Part shown: one piece after another, positions 29,150 to 39,450 of the stretch | Numbering within the stretch: position 1 is the first letter of the stretch | Layout: each line of letters begins with the position of its first letter | Assembly: GCA_050949045.1 (NCBI GenBank) | Contig: JBMNEZ010000001.1 | Coordinates: forward strand, 256,001 to 320,000 | Direction: 5' to 3' | DNA length: 64,000 nucleotides | Source: Candidatus Izemoplasmatales bacterium | GTDB lineage: Bacteria > Bacillota_I > Bacilli_A > Izemoplasmatales > Hujiaoplasmataceae | The notes under the pieces: model-generated | Told to the model about the DNA's origin: nothing | The model's input: the letters and a program-made list of their open reading frames with translations, nothing else | The model's database searches: none | Position numbers and translations under genes: made by a program

Positions 29150-31504
29150 ATGAAAAACAAGTTTATTATTTTTGCATTTGCTTTTATTCTAATTTTTATT
29201 CTATTTGGTTGCGAAAGCGAGCAAACGACAGTTATTAACGTAGAAGATGAAATGTTTGAAATGACCATCTCGAACGTTAAACAAACTTTTTTTGATCAAA
29301 ATAACGGTGATTGGAATTTAGCTAATGGCGCGATTAGAAACACATCTTTAAAAACGGGTAAAGAATGTATCAAGTTAATCAAAGGAAGTAGCATTTATAA
29401 CAAATTTTCAATATCATCTAAAGACAAATTACTATTCTTAAGTGCAAATGTTTCAGGTGAAGAATTGGCTACACTGTGTGTAAAAGTAATGACATACAAT
29501 GGTTCTGCTTATGAATATTATTCTCTATCATTATGCGATGAATCTCTTTTAAACAAAGTAGGAGAGTTCTATGAAGTTACAACTGATTCTGCCAATTTTT
29601 TAGCATTTGATCTTAACGATTTCATTGGTAAAGAAGTTGTAATCATCATTGAGCAGCCAATAAATGCCACAACTAGTAATGATATTTATATCAATAGTGT
29701 TTCTTTTGGCATCAAGGCTGAAAATATCTTGTTAGATAAAGAATTTGATCAATCAAAAATTGTATCTTCATTTGATTTGAGGGGAAGCATTGAGTCAAAA
29801 GAAGATGGAATTCATTTTACAAATGGTGCCTCTTTTGTACAAATGATTCGTGTCAATTCAGATTATCCATATCTAAAAATAACACTTGGACAAAGCGGAG
29901 CCCTTTTATCACAAGTTTCAGTTCTTATCGGCGACGAATATATCAAACCAGAAAATGGTGATACGATGGCTGTTTCCGCAAATGAGAATGAAGTATATGA
30001 GTATGTATTTGATTTTACCAAATTCAATGATTGTATTGTTACTTTAACCATTAAAAATAACAGCCTTGGTGATGCTGTTCTCAAGAGAATGGATTTTATG
30101 GCATCTAAACAAGGTTATTCAAATGCTGTAAGTTGGGATGCTCGAGAAATATTTTATTCATGGATGAAAGTTGGCTCTGTGGTCCTTCATAAAGAAGGAG
30201 TATGCCTTGAATCTTCTTATAGAACTTCCTCCATGGCGAATATTACAAAAATTACCGAAGAGGCTCATTATTTAAATGTTCGTTGCCGAATATTTATTAG
30301 ACCAGCAGGCCAGGCACAAGATGTCGCACCTAAAGTAAGAGTTCAAGTTGACGACGTATTAATTAAAACAGTCGATGGTCAAGAATACGTTAGCCCTCTA
30401 GGTGACGATTATGACACTTTTGTTTATGACTTAAGCAATTATATCGGACAATCTGTAACTATAAAAATTTCTAACACTGATGGCACCCATGCGTGCTTTG
30501 ATTTCATTTATTTAGACGATACGCAAGAGATAGAAGAGTTAAGATATGAATCTGAACAATATACGCTAGAGTATTTGAATACAGTTGGACTATTAGATAA
30601 TACAACATTCAATTTTATTGAAGATAGTGAAGGTTGGACGTTAGGAACTGGCGAAAAAAAATATGACGGGTCATCATGGATAGAAAGTGGAAGATTGGAT
30701 AATCCATGTATAAAATTAGATGGTTCCGATATCGGTGATAGTAAAGATTTTATTCCTAATTCATGGATGATAGGAAAAGTAAATGTTACAGCTGATATGA
30801 AGAACTTATATCTTAACCTAAGTAGACCATCTGATGCTGATACTTCTTTAAGAGTAAGAGTTCTTACAATTGAATTTGGAAAGATTGTCTCCAATTATTT
30901 AGTATCTCATAATTATGAAAAAGATGTCGATTATTATGGCTATTATCTTGTTGATCACACTTCTCCTGCTAAATACAATTTTGACTTGACGGATTATGTT
31001 GGCCAGACTATTTATTTGTCTATTGAACAAGATGATAATGGTGAAGGCGCTGGTGAAATCATATATATAAATACAATTAAATTTTCTCCCAAAGAAAAAA
31101 CTGTTTCTACTAACAACGAATGGGATGTCAAATCACTAATTGAAGATTGGGATAGATTTGGCAACATTGAATTACATAGCGAAGGTCTATGCATTGAAAA
31201 TTATGAACAACCATCTTCGATTGCCAATTACGTAACTGTTCCTACAAATTTATCGACATTACAAATTAGTTTTAGAAAGTTTATTCGTGATGGAGTACAG
31301 GATAAGGATCCATTAATCGTTCTATATGTTAACGATGAAATTGTTAAAGCAATTGGTAGTGATAAAGACTATGTTACTTGTGAAGGCGATGCAATCGTAA
31401 CTTTTGCTTATGATCTTTCAGGTTTTGCTGGACAGAATGTAAGAATAAAGATCAAAAACATTGAAGGCGAGCATGCTTGTTTCGATGAAGTAAAATTTTC
31501 ATGA
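29150..31504 (+). CDS. Modular lipoprotein of unknown function, homologous to the C-terminal modules of 26392-29031
   Basis: Lipobox LFGC; recurring HxEGxCxE, FIR, GxHACF, SIEQDDxGEGxGEI. Confidence 0.8.
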   Translation: MKNKFIIFAFAFILIFILFGCESEQTTVINVEDEMFEMTISNVKQTFFDQNNGDWNLANGAIRNTSLKTGKECIKLIKGSSIYNKFSISSKDKLLFLSANVSGEELATLCVKVMTYNGSAYEYYSLSLCDESLLNKVGEFYEVTTDSANFLAFDLNDFIGKEVVIIIEQPINATTSNDIYINSVSFGIKAENILLDKEFDQSKIVSSFDLRGSIESKEDGIHFTNGASFVQMIRVNSDYPYLKITLGQSGALLSQVSVLIGDEYIKPENGDTMAVSANENEVYEYVFDFTKFNDCIVTLTIKNNSLGDAVLKRMDFMASKQGYSNAVSWDAREIFYSWMKVGSVVLHKEGVCLESSYRTSSMANITKITEEAHYLNVRCRIFIRPAGQAQDVAPKVRVQVDDVLIKTVDGQEYVSPLGDDYDTFVYDLSNYIGQSVTIKISNTDGTHACFDFIYLDDTQEIEELRYESEQYTLEYLNTVGLLDNTTFNFIEDSEGWTLGTGEKKYDGSSWIESGRLDNPCIKLDGSDIGDSKDFIPNSWMIGKVNVTADMKNLYLNLSRPSDADTSLRVRVLTIEFGKIVSNYLVSHNYEKDVDYYGYYLVDHTSPAKYNFDLTDYVGQTIYLSIEQDDNGEGAGEIIYINTIKFSPKEKTVSTNNEWDVKSLIEDWDRFGNIELHSEGLCIENYEQPSSIANYVTVPTNLSTLQISFRKFIRDGVQDKDPLIVLYVNDEIVKAIGSDKDYVTCEGDAIVTFAYDLSGFAGQNVRIKIKNIEGEHACFDEVKFS

Positions 31505-31536
31505 GTTTTAAAAAAACAGAAAGAAAGGAAAATATT

Positions 31537-34500
31537 ATGAAAAAAATGCAAAATGTATGTATTTCATTGTTTGTAATTATCGGTTTTGCCTTTTTCTTAA
31601 CCGGTTGTAAAGTTGAAAAAACTGTGGAACTAGGAGTTCCTAGTATCGTGTTGACAGAAAATGTGATTAGTTGGGAAAAAGTGGAAAACGCTGACGGTTA
31701 TTTAGTTTATATAGATGCTAATGTTAACGATATAAAAGTTTGCTCGTATGAACTTAATATCTCTGAACCTGGTGATTATCAAATATATGTAGTTGCCTAC
31801 AAATTATCTGGTACAGACAAGATACTAAGCGCTAATTCAAATATGCTTGTTTATACTCTGGAACAGAGTAGGCATTTTAGTACTGAATTCGATGAAGGTT
31901 CAATTCAATTATCTGCGCCAAAAATTGTGCAAGATGGATTTATTCTTGCTTGGGATTTAATACATTTTGCTACAGGTTATCGTGTATATTTTAATGGTGT
32001 TGCTCATGATGAAGTGGTAGAAAATTACTACTTCATGGATCAATCAAAAGTAGGTAATTTTGAAGTAACCGTCAAAGCCTTTTCTTCAAATGAACAATAT
32101 GCTATTTCACCCGCCAGCAATGCTCTTGAAGTTAAAGTTGAGACAGTATTTGAGCCAATTGAAGTAAATGTTGATGATTTCGGTGCAGTCGGCAATGGTG
32201 TTGTAAATGACAGAAAAGCCATTCAAGATGCGGTAGATACAGTCGCACTTGCTGGCGGTGGCACTGTAGTTATAACTGCTAATAAAACCTATCTGACAGG
32301 TAATATCTTTTTAAAAGATAATGTTACTTTAAAACTTGAAGATGGTTCAATGATTAAACAAAGCACGAATGATCAAGACTATGTCATATTGGATAAGAAA
32401 GGAAAATACAATCCTCAAGTTCCTTATAAAGGCACAAATATTAATGATGTGGTTCAATTTAACCATTGCTGGCTTTATAACTATCCTTTAATTGGAGCTC
32501 TTCAAGAAACAAAAAATGTTGCAGTTGTTGGCACTGGGACAGTAAAATTAATGGATTATGGCAAAGAAGAAGATGTAATGAGAATGATTGCGGTTGGTTT
32601 TGGTAATTGTAAGTATATAAAAATGGAAGGCTTTACTGTCACAAATTATACTGCATATGCAGTAGCAGCTTATTGGTCTGAATACGTTCTTGTTAAAGAT
32701 TTAACTATTAAAGATTTTCATGGCGGCTGTAATGATGGCGTTTCTGTAGTTAATTCTTCGAGAATGCGTGTAACAAACTGCTTTATCCGTTCTGGTGATG
32801 ACGCAATTGATATTGGAACTTCAGGTGATACTTTTCGTGGTGGTGCATGGTATCCTAAGGGTACTAAAGGAGTAACAAATCTAGAAATAGACCATAATGA
32901 TACCGATGCTGGTCCATCTTGTAAAGGTTTAGCATTCTTTGCCTGGGGCGGCAATTTAGTGGAAGGCTTAACTGATGCACAGATTAGAAGCAGTGTATGT
33001 ACGAGCGATGTATATATACATAATAATAAATTTGCGACAATGGGGTATTGGGGCTCTCAGTCTCATGATGGACTATATGGTGGAGTTGGTACTATACCGA
33101 TAAAAAATATTCGTTTCTATGATAATGAAATTGGTGAAGTTTTTGGTGGCTTTTATTATGAAGGAACAACTGATGTTAATTTGTACCACGCTACTTCAAC
33201 TCTAATAGATGGCGATTTTGAATATGCTTTAGGCGCCTTCTGGACAACGAAAGGCAATGCTGCTCCTGTAGTAACTCAAGAAAATACTTATGGAAGATTA
33301 ATTAACAATGCTGAAATGTATGAAGGATTATACTTGAGAGAACAAGAATCATATATATTTTCAGTGGAAGCTAAAACCAATGGAGTACCCGCCAAATTAT
33401 TTGCGAGGAATTTGGACACTGGAGAAATACTTGCGGTTCAACAATTTTCTAATCTCAAAACCAATGTTATTAATTTGTCTTTTACACCAAGTGTTAGTGC
33501 TAATTATCACGTAGGTGTGATGACTGAAAATGGTGGTTCTGTTGAATTCGATAACGCAAAACTTAAAACATCTTATTCAAATCAATTATATTTTGAAGGC
33601 GGATCCGATACTGATTTTCAAGTAAATAATGGAGAATGGGGTAATTGGTTACATGTTAATTATCAGGTTCCTGAAGCATCAAATCTTAACCCTGGCGATG
33701 AAGTTAAATTAATCTATTTCTTGACAATTCACGAAATCACTGATGAAAACGGTTATATTAATTTCTCTCCACTCCTACAAGGACTTAAAGAAGGAGTTGT
33801 TCAAACCTTAGGTCAAACTGATCAATATGTATACAATAAAGATTTATTAGTCAAAACTGGTAAGGTAATGCTTTCGTTCACAATGGTATTACCAAATGTA
33901 TTTGAATATGATATGTATGTTGTGACAAGACTGATTGCCTTCTCTGGAATTGATTTTACATTCCATCGATTATTAATTGGAACTACAGATTTATCATTTG
34001 ACGAATTTGATGCTTATCAAGTAGCCTGTGATGTGGTAGTTGATTCTGGAAGTTTTTCAAATCCGCCTGAAGGGATCTTGTATTCTGGTTCTGCAAACTT
34101 TCAATTTAGTTGTGCTACAGGAGTTGCTACACCTTGGCTAGAAGGCAGATACTTAGCCGGCAGTCTTACCCTTAAGCCGGGAGATTTGATCAAGATCGTT
34201 TACTATTTTAATATTACCTCCATTGAAGATGCGAACGCCACAATGAATATGGTAGTCAAGTCTTGGGCTAATAAAACTGAAATTTTTTCAGAAAACACTA
34301 TTCCCGTTAAAGACTTTGACTTTAAGACTGGAAAGATATCGATTACCTATTATGCTAGGATATGGGAAAATTACCAGTCAGACGAATGGATTTATCCAAT
34401 GTTGAAATTCAATTCTGGTGTAAGTGGAACTTGGTACAAGACGGTGATTGCTAAAGCTGATCAAGATTTGTCGACTTTTATACCAGGATATGAAAATGTG

Positions 34501-35967
34501 CTTGAACATAACCTTGACGGTGGTCCGTTCTCTGTTGATCCAGCTCCTGATTTACTTACTACAGTTGGCTTTCAATTTAGTTGTGCTATTGATGCTTATA
34601 CACCTTGGCTAGAAGGCAGATACTTAGCCGGCAGTCTTACCCTTAAGCCGGGAGATTTGATCAAGATCGTTTACTATTTTAATATTACCTCCATTGAAGA
34701 TGCGAACGCCACAATGAATATGGTAGTCAAGTCTTGGGCTAATAAAACTGAAATTTTTTCAGAAAACACTATTCCCGTTAAAGACTTTGACTTTAAGACT
34801 GGAAAGATATCGATTACCTATTATGCTAGGATATGGGAAAATTACCAGTCAGACGAATGGATTTATCCAATGCTATGGTTCAAATCTGGTGTAAGTGGAA
34901 CTTGGGATGCGATCGCCATCGCTAAAGCAGATCTTGATTTGACGGAACGGATGCCGGAATATGAAAATGTGCTTGAACATAACCTTGACGGTGGTCTGTT
35001 CTCAGTTGATCCAGCTCCTGATTTACTTACTACAGTTGGCTTTCAATTTAGTTGTGCTATTGATGCTTATACACCTTGGCTAGAAGGCAGATACTTAGCC
35101 GGCAGTCTTACCCTTAAGCCGGGAGATTTGATCAAGATCGTTTACTATTTTAATATTACCTCCATTGAAGATGCGAACGCCACAATGAATATGGTAGTCA
35201 AGTCTTGGGCTAATAAAACTGAAATTTTTTCAGAAAACACTATTCCCGTTAAAGACTTTGACTTTAAGACTGGAAAGATATCGATTACCTATTATGCTAG
35301 GATATGGGAAAATTACCAGTCAGACGAATGGATTTATCCAATGCTATGGTTCAAATCTGGTGTAAGTGGAACTTGGGATGCGATCGCCATCGCTAAAGCA
35401 GATCTTGATTTGACGGAACGGATGCCGGAATATGAAAATGTGCTTGAACATAACCTTGACGGTGGTCTGTTCTCAGTTGATCCAGCTCCTGATTTACTTA
35501 CTACAGTTGGCTTTCAATTTAGTTGTGCTACAGGAGTTGCTACACCTTGGCTAGAAGGCAGATACTTAGTTAGCAGTCTTACCCTTAAGCCGGGAGATTT
35601 GATCAAGATCGTTTACTATTTTAATATTACCTCCATTGAAGATGCGAATGCCACAATGAATATGGTAGTCAAGTCTTGGGCTAACAATGAAAATGAAATT
35701 TTTTCGGAAAACATTGTCCCAATTAAAGACTTTAACCTTAAGACTGGGAAAATATCGATTACCTATTATGCTAGGGTATGGGAAAATTATCAGTCAAGCG
35801 AATGTATTTATCCAATGTTGAAATTCAATTCTGGTGTAAGTGGAACTTGGGATGCGATCGCCATCGCTAAAGCAGATCTTGATTTGACAGCACGGGTACC
35901 GGGATATGAAAATTTGCTTGAACATAACCTTGACGGTGGTCCGTTCTCTGTAGAGGTAACTCCCTAA
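31537..35967 (+). CDS. Large lipoprotein: two FN3-like domains, GH28-like beta-helix, CBM-like domain, C-terminal 157-aa repeats
   Basis: Lipobox LTGC; VNVDDFGAVGNGVVNDRKAIQDAVD; CNDG...SGDDAI. Confidence 0.8.
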   Translation: MKKMQNVCISLFVIIGFAFFLTGCKVEKTVELGVPSIVLTENVISWEKVENADGYLVYIDANVNDIKVCSYELNISEPGDYQIYVVAYKLSGTDKILSANSNMLVYTLEQSRHFSTEFDEGSIQLSAPKIVQDGFILAWDLIHFATGYRVYFNGVAHDEVVENYYFMDQSKVGNFEVTVKAFSSNEQYAISPASNALEVKVETVFEPIEVNVDDFGAVGNGVVNDRKAIQDAVDTVALAGGGTVVITANKTYLTGNIFLKDNVTLKLEDGSMIKQSTNDQDYVILDKKGKYNPQVPYKGTNINDVVQFNHCWLYNYPLIGALQETKNVAVVGTGTVKLMDYGKEEDVMRMIAVGFGNCKYIKMEGFTVTNYTAYAVAAYWSEYVLVKDLTIKDFHGGCNDGVSVVNSSRMRVTNCFIRSGDDAIDIGTSGDTFRGGAWYPKGTKGVTNLEIDHNDTDAGPSCKGLAFFAWGGNLVEGLTDAQIRSSVCTSDVYIHNNKFATMGYWGSQSHDGLYGGVGTIPIKNIRFYDNEIGEVFGGFYYEGTTDVNLYHATSTLIDGDFEYALGAFWTTKGNAAPVVTQENTYGRLINNAEMYEGLYLREQESYIFSVEAKTNGVPAKLFARNLDTGEILAVQQFSNLKTNVINLSFTPSVSANYHVGVMTENGGSVEFDNAKLKTSYSNQLYFEGGSDTDFQVNNGEWGNWLHVNYQVPEASNLNPGDEVKLIYFLTIHEITDENGYINFSPLLQGLKEGVVQTLGQTDQYVYNKDLLVKTGKVMLSFTMVLPNVFEYDMYVVTRLIAFSGIDFTFHRLLIGTTDLSFDEFDAYQVACDVVVDSGSFSNPPEGILYSGSANFQFSCATGVATPWLEGRYLAGSLTLKPGDLIKIVYYFNITSIEDANATMNMVVKSWANKTEIFSENTIPVKDFDFKTGKISITYYARIWENYQSDEWIYPMLKFNSGVSGTWYKTVIAKADQDLSTFIPGYENVLEHNLDGGPFSVDPAPDLLTTVGFQFSCAIDAYTPWLEGRYLAGSLTLKPGDLIKIVYYFNITSIEDANATMNMVVKSWANKTEIFSENTIPVKDFDFKTGKISITYYARIWENYQSDEWIYPMLWFKSGVSGTWDAIAIAKADLDLTERMPEYENVLEHNLDGGLFSVDPAPDLLTTVGFQFSCAIDAYTPWLEGRYLAGSLTLKPGDLIKIVYYFNITSIEDANATMNMVVKSWANKTEIFSENTIPVKDFDFKTGKISITYYARIWENYQSDEWIYPMLWFKSGVSGTWDAIAIAKADLDLTERMPEYENVLEHNLDGGLFSVDPAPDLLTTVGFQFSCATGVATPWLEGRYLVSSLTLKPGDLIKIVYYFNITSIEDANATMNMVVKSWANNENEIFSENIVPIKDFNLKTGKISITYYARVWENYQSSECIYPMLKFNSGVSGTWDAIAIAKADLDLTARVPGYENLLEHNLDGGPFSVEVTP
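34099..35950 (+). repeat. Four tandem coding repeats, 471-nt spacing
   Basis: tttcaatttagttgtgcta units at 34099, 34570, 35041, 35512. Confidence 0.95.
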
Positions 35968-36216
35968 TCGGAGGTGTTAACGAATAGAATCAATAATCTT
36001 AGTCCAAATAAAACTGATAGTTCCGGCATCAACTTTGTATTAGGAAGTTTCGGCATTATCTATAAGAGAGGAGGTATGTGTATCGTATTCTTTGTTAATG
36101 AAAGCAAATAAAGTTTGATCTTTATGTTAGGAATTCAACAAATCTGTAAGATCCACTTACGCTTTACACAACTTATAGTTTTGAAATGTATTTATAAAAA
36201 ATAGGAGGATAAGAAT

Positions 36217-38937
36217 TTGAAAAAGGTACTAAAATCGGTTTTGTTGTTTGCTTTTATAAGCCTGTTAGTAGCATGTGAGCAAATTACAACACAAACCGAT
36301 GATATCACTGGTACTACAACAACAAGTGTAACAACAGTACCGGTTACAACAACAACAACAACCGTTACAACAGCACCGGTTACAACAACAACACCAACAA
36401 CCGTTACAACAGTACCGGTTACAACAACAACAACCGTTACAACAGCACCGGTTACAACAACAACACCAACAACCGTTACAACAGTACCGGTTACAACAAC
36501 AACACCAACAACCGTTACAACAGTACCGGTTACAACAACAACACCAACAACCGTTACTACTGCTGAACCCCCTTATCTACTAGTTACGGGAATTGGCTTT
36601 CAATTTAGTTGTGCTATTGATGCTTATACACCTTGGCTAGAAGGCAGATACTTAGTTAGCAGTCTTACCCTTAAGCCGGGAGATTTGATCAAGATCGTTT
36701 ACTATTTTAATATTACCTCCATTGAAGATGCGAATGCCACAATGAATATGGTAGTCAAGTCTTGGGCTAACAATGAAAATGAAATTTTTTCGGAAAACAT
36801 TGTCCCAATTAAAGACTTTAACCTTAAGACTGGGAAAATATCGATTACCTATTATGCTAGGGTATGGGAAAATTATCAGTCAAGCGAATGTATTTATCCA
36901 ATGTTGAAATTCAATTCTGGTGTAAGTGGAACTTGGGATGCGATCGCCATCGCTAAAGCAGATCTTGATTTGACAGCACGGGTACCGGGATATGAAAATT
37001 TGCTTGAACATAACCTTGATGGTGGTCCGTTCTCTGTTGATCCAGCTCCTGATTTACTTACTACAGTTGGCTTTCAATTTAGTTGTGCTATTGATGCTTA
37101 TACACCTTGGCTAGAAGGCAGATACTTAGCCGGCAGTCTTACCCTTAAGCCGGGAGATTTGATCAAGATCGTTTACTATTTTAATATTACCTCCATTGAA
37201 GATGCGAACGCCACAATGAATATGGTAGTCAAGTCTTGGGCTAATAAAACTGAAATTTTTTCAGAAAACACTATTCCCGTTAAAGACTTTGACTTTAAGA
37301 CTGGAAAGATATCGATTACCTATTATGCTAGGATATGGGAAAATTACCAGTCAGACGAATGGATTTATCCAATGCTATGGTTCAAATCTGGTGTAAGTGG
37401 AACTTGGGATGCGATCGCCATCGCTAAAGCAGATCTTGATTTGACGGAACGGATGCCGGAATATGAAAATGTGCTTGAACATAACCTTGACGGTGGTCTG
37501 TTCTCAGTTGATCCAGCTCCTGATTTACTTACTACAGTTGGCTTTCAATTTAGTTGTGCTACAGGAGTTGCTACACCTTGGCTAGAAGGCAGATACTTAG
37601 TTAGCAGTCTTACCCTTAAGCCGGGAGATTTGATCAAGATCGTTTACTATTTTAATATTACCTCCATTGAAGATGCGAATGCCACAATGAATATGGTAGT
37701 CAAGTCTTGGGCTAACAATGAAAATGAAATTTTTTCGGAAAACATTGTCCCAATTAAAGACTTTAACCTTAAGACTGGGAAAATATCGATTACCTATTAT
37801 GCTAGGGTATGGGAAAATTATCAGTCAAGCGAATGTATTTATCCAATGTTGAAATTCAATTCTGGTGTAAGTGGAACTTGGGATGCGATCGCCATCGCTA
37901 AAGCAGATCTTGATTTGACAGCACGGGTACCGGGATATGAAAATTTGCTTGAACATAACCTTGATGGTGGTCCGTTCTCTGTTGATCCAGCTCCTGATTT
38001 ACTTACTACAGTTGGCTTTCAATTTAGTTGTGCTATTGATGCTTATACACCTTGGCTAGAAGGCAGATACTTAGCCGGCAGTCTTACCCTTAAGCCGGGA
38101 GATTTGATCAAGATCGTTTACTATTTTAATATTACCTCCATTGAAGATGCGAACGCCACAATGAATATGGTAGTCAAGTCTTGGGCTAATAAAACTGAAA
38201 TTTTTTCAGAAAACACTATTCCCGTTAAAGACTTTGACTTTAAGACTGGAAAGATATCGATTACCTATTATGCTAGGATATGGGAAAATTACCAGTCAGA
38301 CGAATGGATTTATCCAATGCTATGGTTCAAATCTGGTGTAAGTGGAACTTGGGATGCGATCGCCATCGCTAAAGCAGATCTTGATTTGACGGAACGGATG
38401 CCGGAATATGAAAATGTGCTTGAACATAACCTTGACGGTGGTCTGTTCTCAGTTGATCCAGCTCCTGATTTACTTACTACAGTTGGCTTTCAATTTAGTT
38501 GTGCTACAGGAGTTGCTACACCTTGGCTAGAAGGCAGATACTTAGTTAGCAGTCTTACCCTTAAGCCGGGAGATTTGATCAAGATCGTTTACTATTTTAA
38601 TATTACCTCCATTGAAGATGCGAATGCCACAATGAATATGGTAGTCAAGTCTTGGGCTAACAATGAAAATGAAATTTTTTCGGAAAACATTGTCCCAATT
38701 AAAGACTTTAACCTTAAGACTGGGAAAATATCGATTACCTATTATGCTAGGGTATGGGAAAATTATCAGTCAAGCGAATGTATTTATCCAATGTTGAAAT
38801 TCAATTCTGGTGTAAGTGGAACTTGGGATGCGATCGCCATCGCTAAAGCAGATCTTGATTTGACAGCACGGGTACCGGGATATGAAAATTTGCTTGAACA
38901 TAACCTTGATGGTGGTCCGTTCTCTGTAGGAGAATAA
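36217..38937 (+). CDS. Lipoprotein with Thr/Pro/Val-rich stalk and five copies of the 157/158-aa module
   Basis: TTG start after SD aggagg; lipobox LVAC; (TTVTTVPVTTTTP)n. Confidence 0.85.
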   Translation: MKKVLKSVLLFAFISLLVACEQITTQTDDITGTTTTSVTTVPVTTTTTTVTTAPVTTTTPTTVTTVPVTTTTTVTTAPVTTTTPTTVTTVPVTTTTPTTVTTVPVTTTTPTTVTTAEPPYLLVTGIGFQFSCAIDAYTPWLEGRYLVSSLTLKPGDLIKIVYYFNITSIEDANATMNMVVKSWANNENEIFSENIVPIKDFNLKTGKISITYYARVWENYQSSECIYPMLKFNSGVSGTWDAIAIAKADLDLTARVPGYENLLEHNLDGGPFSVDPAPDLLTTVGFQFSCAIDAYTPWLEGRYLAGSLTLKPGDLIKIVYYFNITSIEDANATMNMVVKSWANKTEIFSENTIPVKDFDFKTGKISITYYARIWENYQSDEWIYPMLWFKSGVSGTWDAIAIAKADLDLTERMPEYENVLEHNLDGGLFSVDPAPDLLTTVGFQFSCATGVATPWLEGRYLVSSLTLKPGDLIKIVYYFNITSIEDANATMNMVVKSWANNENEIFSENIVPIKDFNLKTGKISITYYARVWENYQSSECIYPMLKFNSGVSGTWDAIAIAKADLDLTARVPGYENLLEHNLDGGPFSVDPAPDLLTTVGFQFSCAIDAYTPWLEGRYLAGSLTLKPGDLIKIVYYFNITSIEDANATMNMVVKSWANKTEIFSENTIPVKDFDFKTGKISITYYARIWENYQSDEWIYPMLWFKSGVSGTWDAIAIAKADLDLTERMPEYENVLEHNLDGGLFSVDPAPDLLTTVGFQFSCATGVATPWLEGRYLVSSLTLKPGDLIKIVYYFNITSIEDANATMNMVVKSWANNENEIFSENIVPIKDFNLKTGKISITYYARVWENYQSSECIYPMLKFNSGVSGTWDAIAIAKADLDLTARVPGYENLLEHNLDGGPFSVGE
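36310..36560 (+). repeat. Low-complexity Thr-rich tandem repeat
   Basis: Reiterated ccggttacaacaacaacaccaacaaccgttacaaca. Confidence 0.9.
36598..38927 (+). repeat. Five tandem 474/471-nt coding repeats
   Basis: Units at 36598, 37072, 37543, 38017, 38488. Confidence 0.95.
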
Positions 38938-39003
38938 TTTTTGGAAGAAATACAGTTGGTACTAGAGCGTAAAATTATGTACTTCGAAAATTTGTAATAG
39001 TTT

Positions 39004-39038
39004 AAAAGCGGCCAGCACTATTCTGTTGAGCCGCTTTT
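39004..39038 (+). terminator. Terminator at end of glycan operon
   Basis: aaaagcggc...gccgctttt. Confidence 0.65.
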
Positions 39039-39199
39039 CATTTAATCTTTTTGCCAAGATTTAAATAAAGATGTTGTAATTCAGTTTGTTTATATTTATG
39101 CTTACCGCTTTCAAAATATTATATTTTCATCAAAAATGATACTATTTCTTTTGAACCTAGCTGTATTGTTGCTCAATAAATTGTTTTTCTTACTGATTA

Positions 39200-39450
39200 C
39201 CCAATCGATGATATCATGACGATGAAATCGTTGGGCTTCAACATAATTAGAAAACACATCAAAATCGAACCTCTCAGATGGTATTATCATTGTGATTGGC
39301 TGGGAATGCTGGTTCGGCAGGATATGATAAGCGGTTCCGAATTCAAAAGCGTGGTTTTTCACCATGTTTTATCTTTATTGCATATCCATTTGAGCAACCG
39401 CTTCAAAAAAACTTTTAGTCAGACTAATGCGGAAGGAAATATGTATATGG
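39200..39450 (+). pseudogene. GH2 glycoside hydrolase fragment
   Basis: MKSLGFNIIRKHIKIEPLRWYYHCDWLGMLVRQDM is a GH2 TIM-barrel segment; rest of gene absent. Confidence 0.75.

Noticed and set aside
36066..36111. Small ORF after aggaggt between the two repeat-lipoprotein genes (MCIVFFVNESK)
   Set aside because: SD-to-start spacing is too short and there is no other support
34099..38927. CRISPR-like array
   Set aside because: Units are 471/474 nt, in-frame coding, with no unique spacers and no cas genes
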